55,851 nucleotides of DNA, from positions 1 to 55,851 of IMG/VR virus record IMGVR_UViG_3300025151_000004. The stretch is one strand, 5' to 3'. Shown here piece by piece: positions 55,809 to 55,851 of the stretch (position 1 is the stretch's first letter; each line of letters starts with the position of its first letter). Under the pieces are notes generated by a model that did not search any database, had not been told where the DNA came from, and worked only from the letters and a program-made list of their open reading frames with translations. Origin of the DNA: a virus. Its lineage: Duplodnaviria > Caudoviricetes. A program made the translations under genes and the position numbers.

Positions 55809-55851
55809 TGAGAATCATTCGCATTGAGAATGCAACTAAGAATCATTCGCA
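55809..55851. promoter_or_regulatory. two Fur-like 7-1-7 boxes spanning the right terminal repeat
   Basis: TGAGAAT-C-ATTCGCA (55809-55823) and TAAGAAT-C-ATTCGCA (55837-55851 = 27-41). Confidence 0.5.

Overview
The window looks like a complete, circularly assembled (41-nt identical ends) ~55.8 kb tailed-phage genome of podovirus-like organisation, with no RNA polymerase, integrase or repressor recognised. A + strand arm (~1.3-21.7 kb) carries early genes, nucleotide metabolism (deaminase, thyX, gp1.7-like, MazG, class II RNR), tRNA-Arg(UCU), a C5 DNA methyltransferase, T7-like primase-helicase/PolA/SSB, glycosylation enzymes (gmd, GT8-like, GT-MTase-Maf fusion) and holin/spanins. A converging - strand arm (~54.7-21.7 kb) carries terminase, portal, GroES, scaffold, capsid, tail and internal virion proteins. 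The host is probably an alphaproteobacterium (inferred from LexA-box type). Most notable observations: (1) a non-coding array of 15 perfect alphaproteobacterial SOS boxes (GTTC-N7-GTTC) in two inverted arms, next to Fur-like boxes, possibly a host-regulator decoy region; (2) a tail-region operon with a 23-proline peptide fused to a Hint domain followed by sulfotransferase-like, methyltransferase and prolyl-hydroxylase-like genes; (3) a portal fused to a pesticin-like muramidase; (4) a C5-MTase whose motif IX is encoded in an overlapping frame; (5) a covarying hairpin family preceding unannotated membrane micropeptides; (6) a shared KxGGxV-like tag in several virion proteins. All family assignments are from motif recognition by eye, not database searches.
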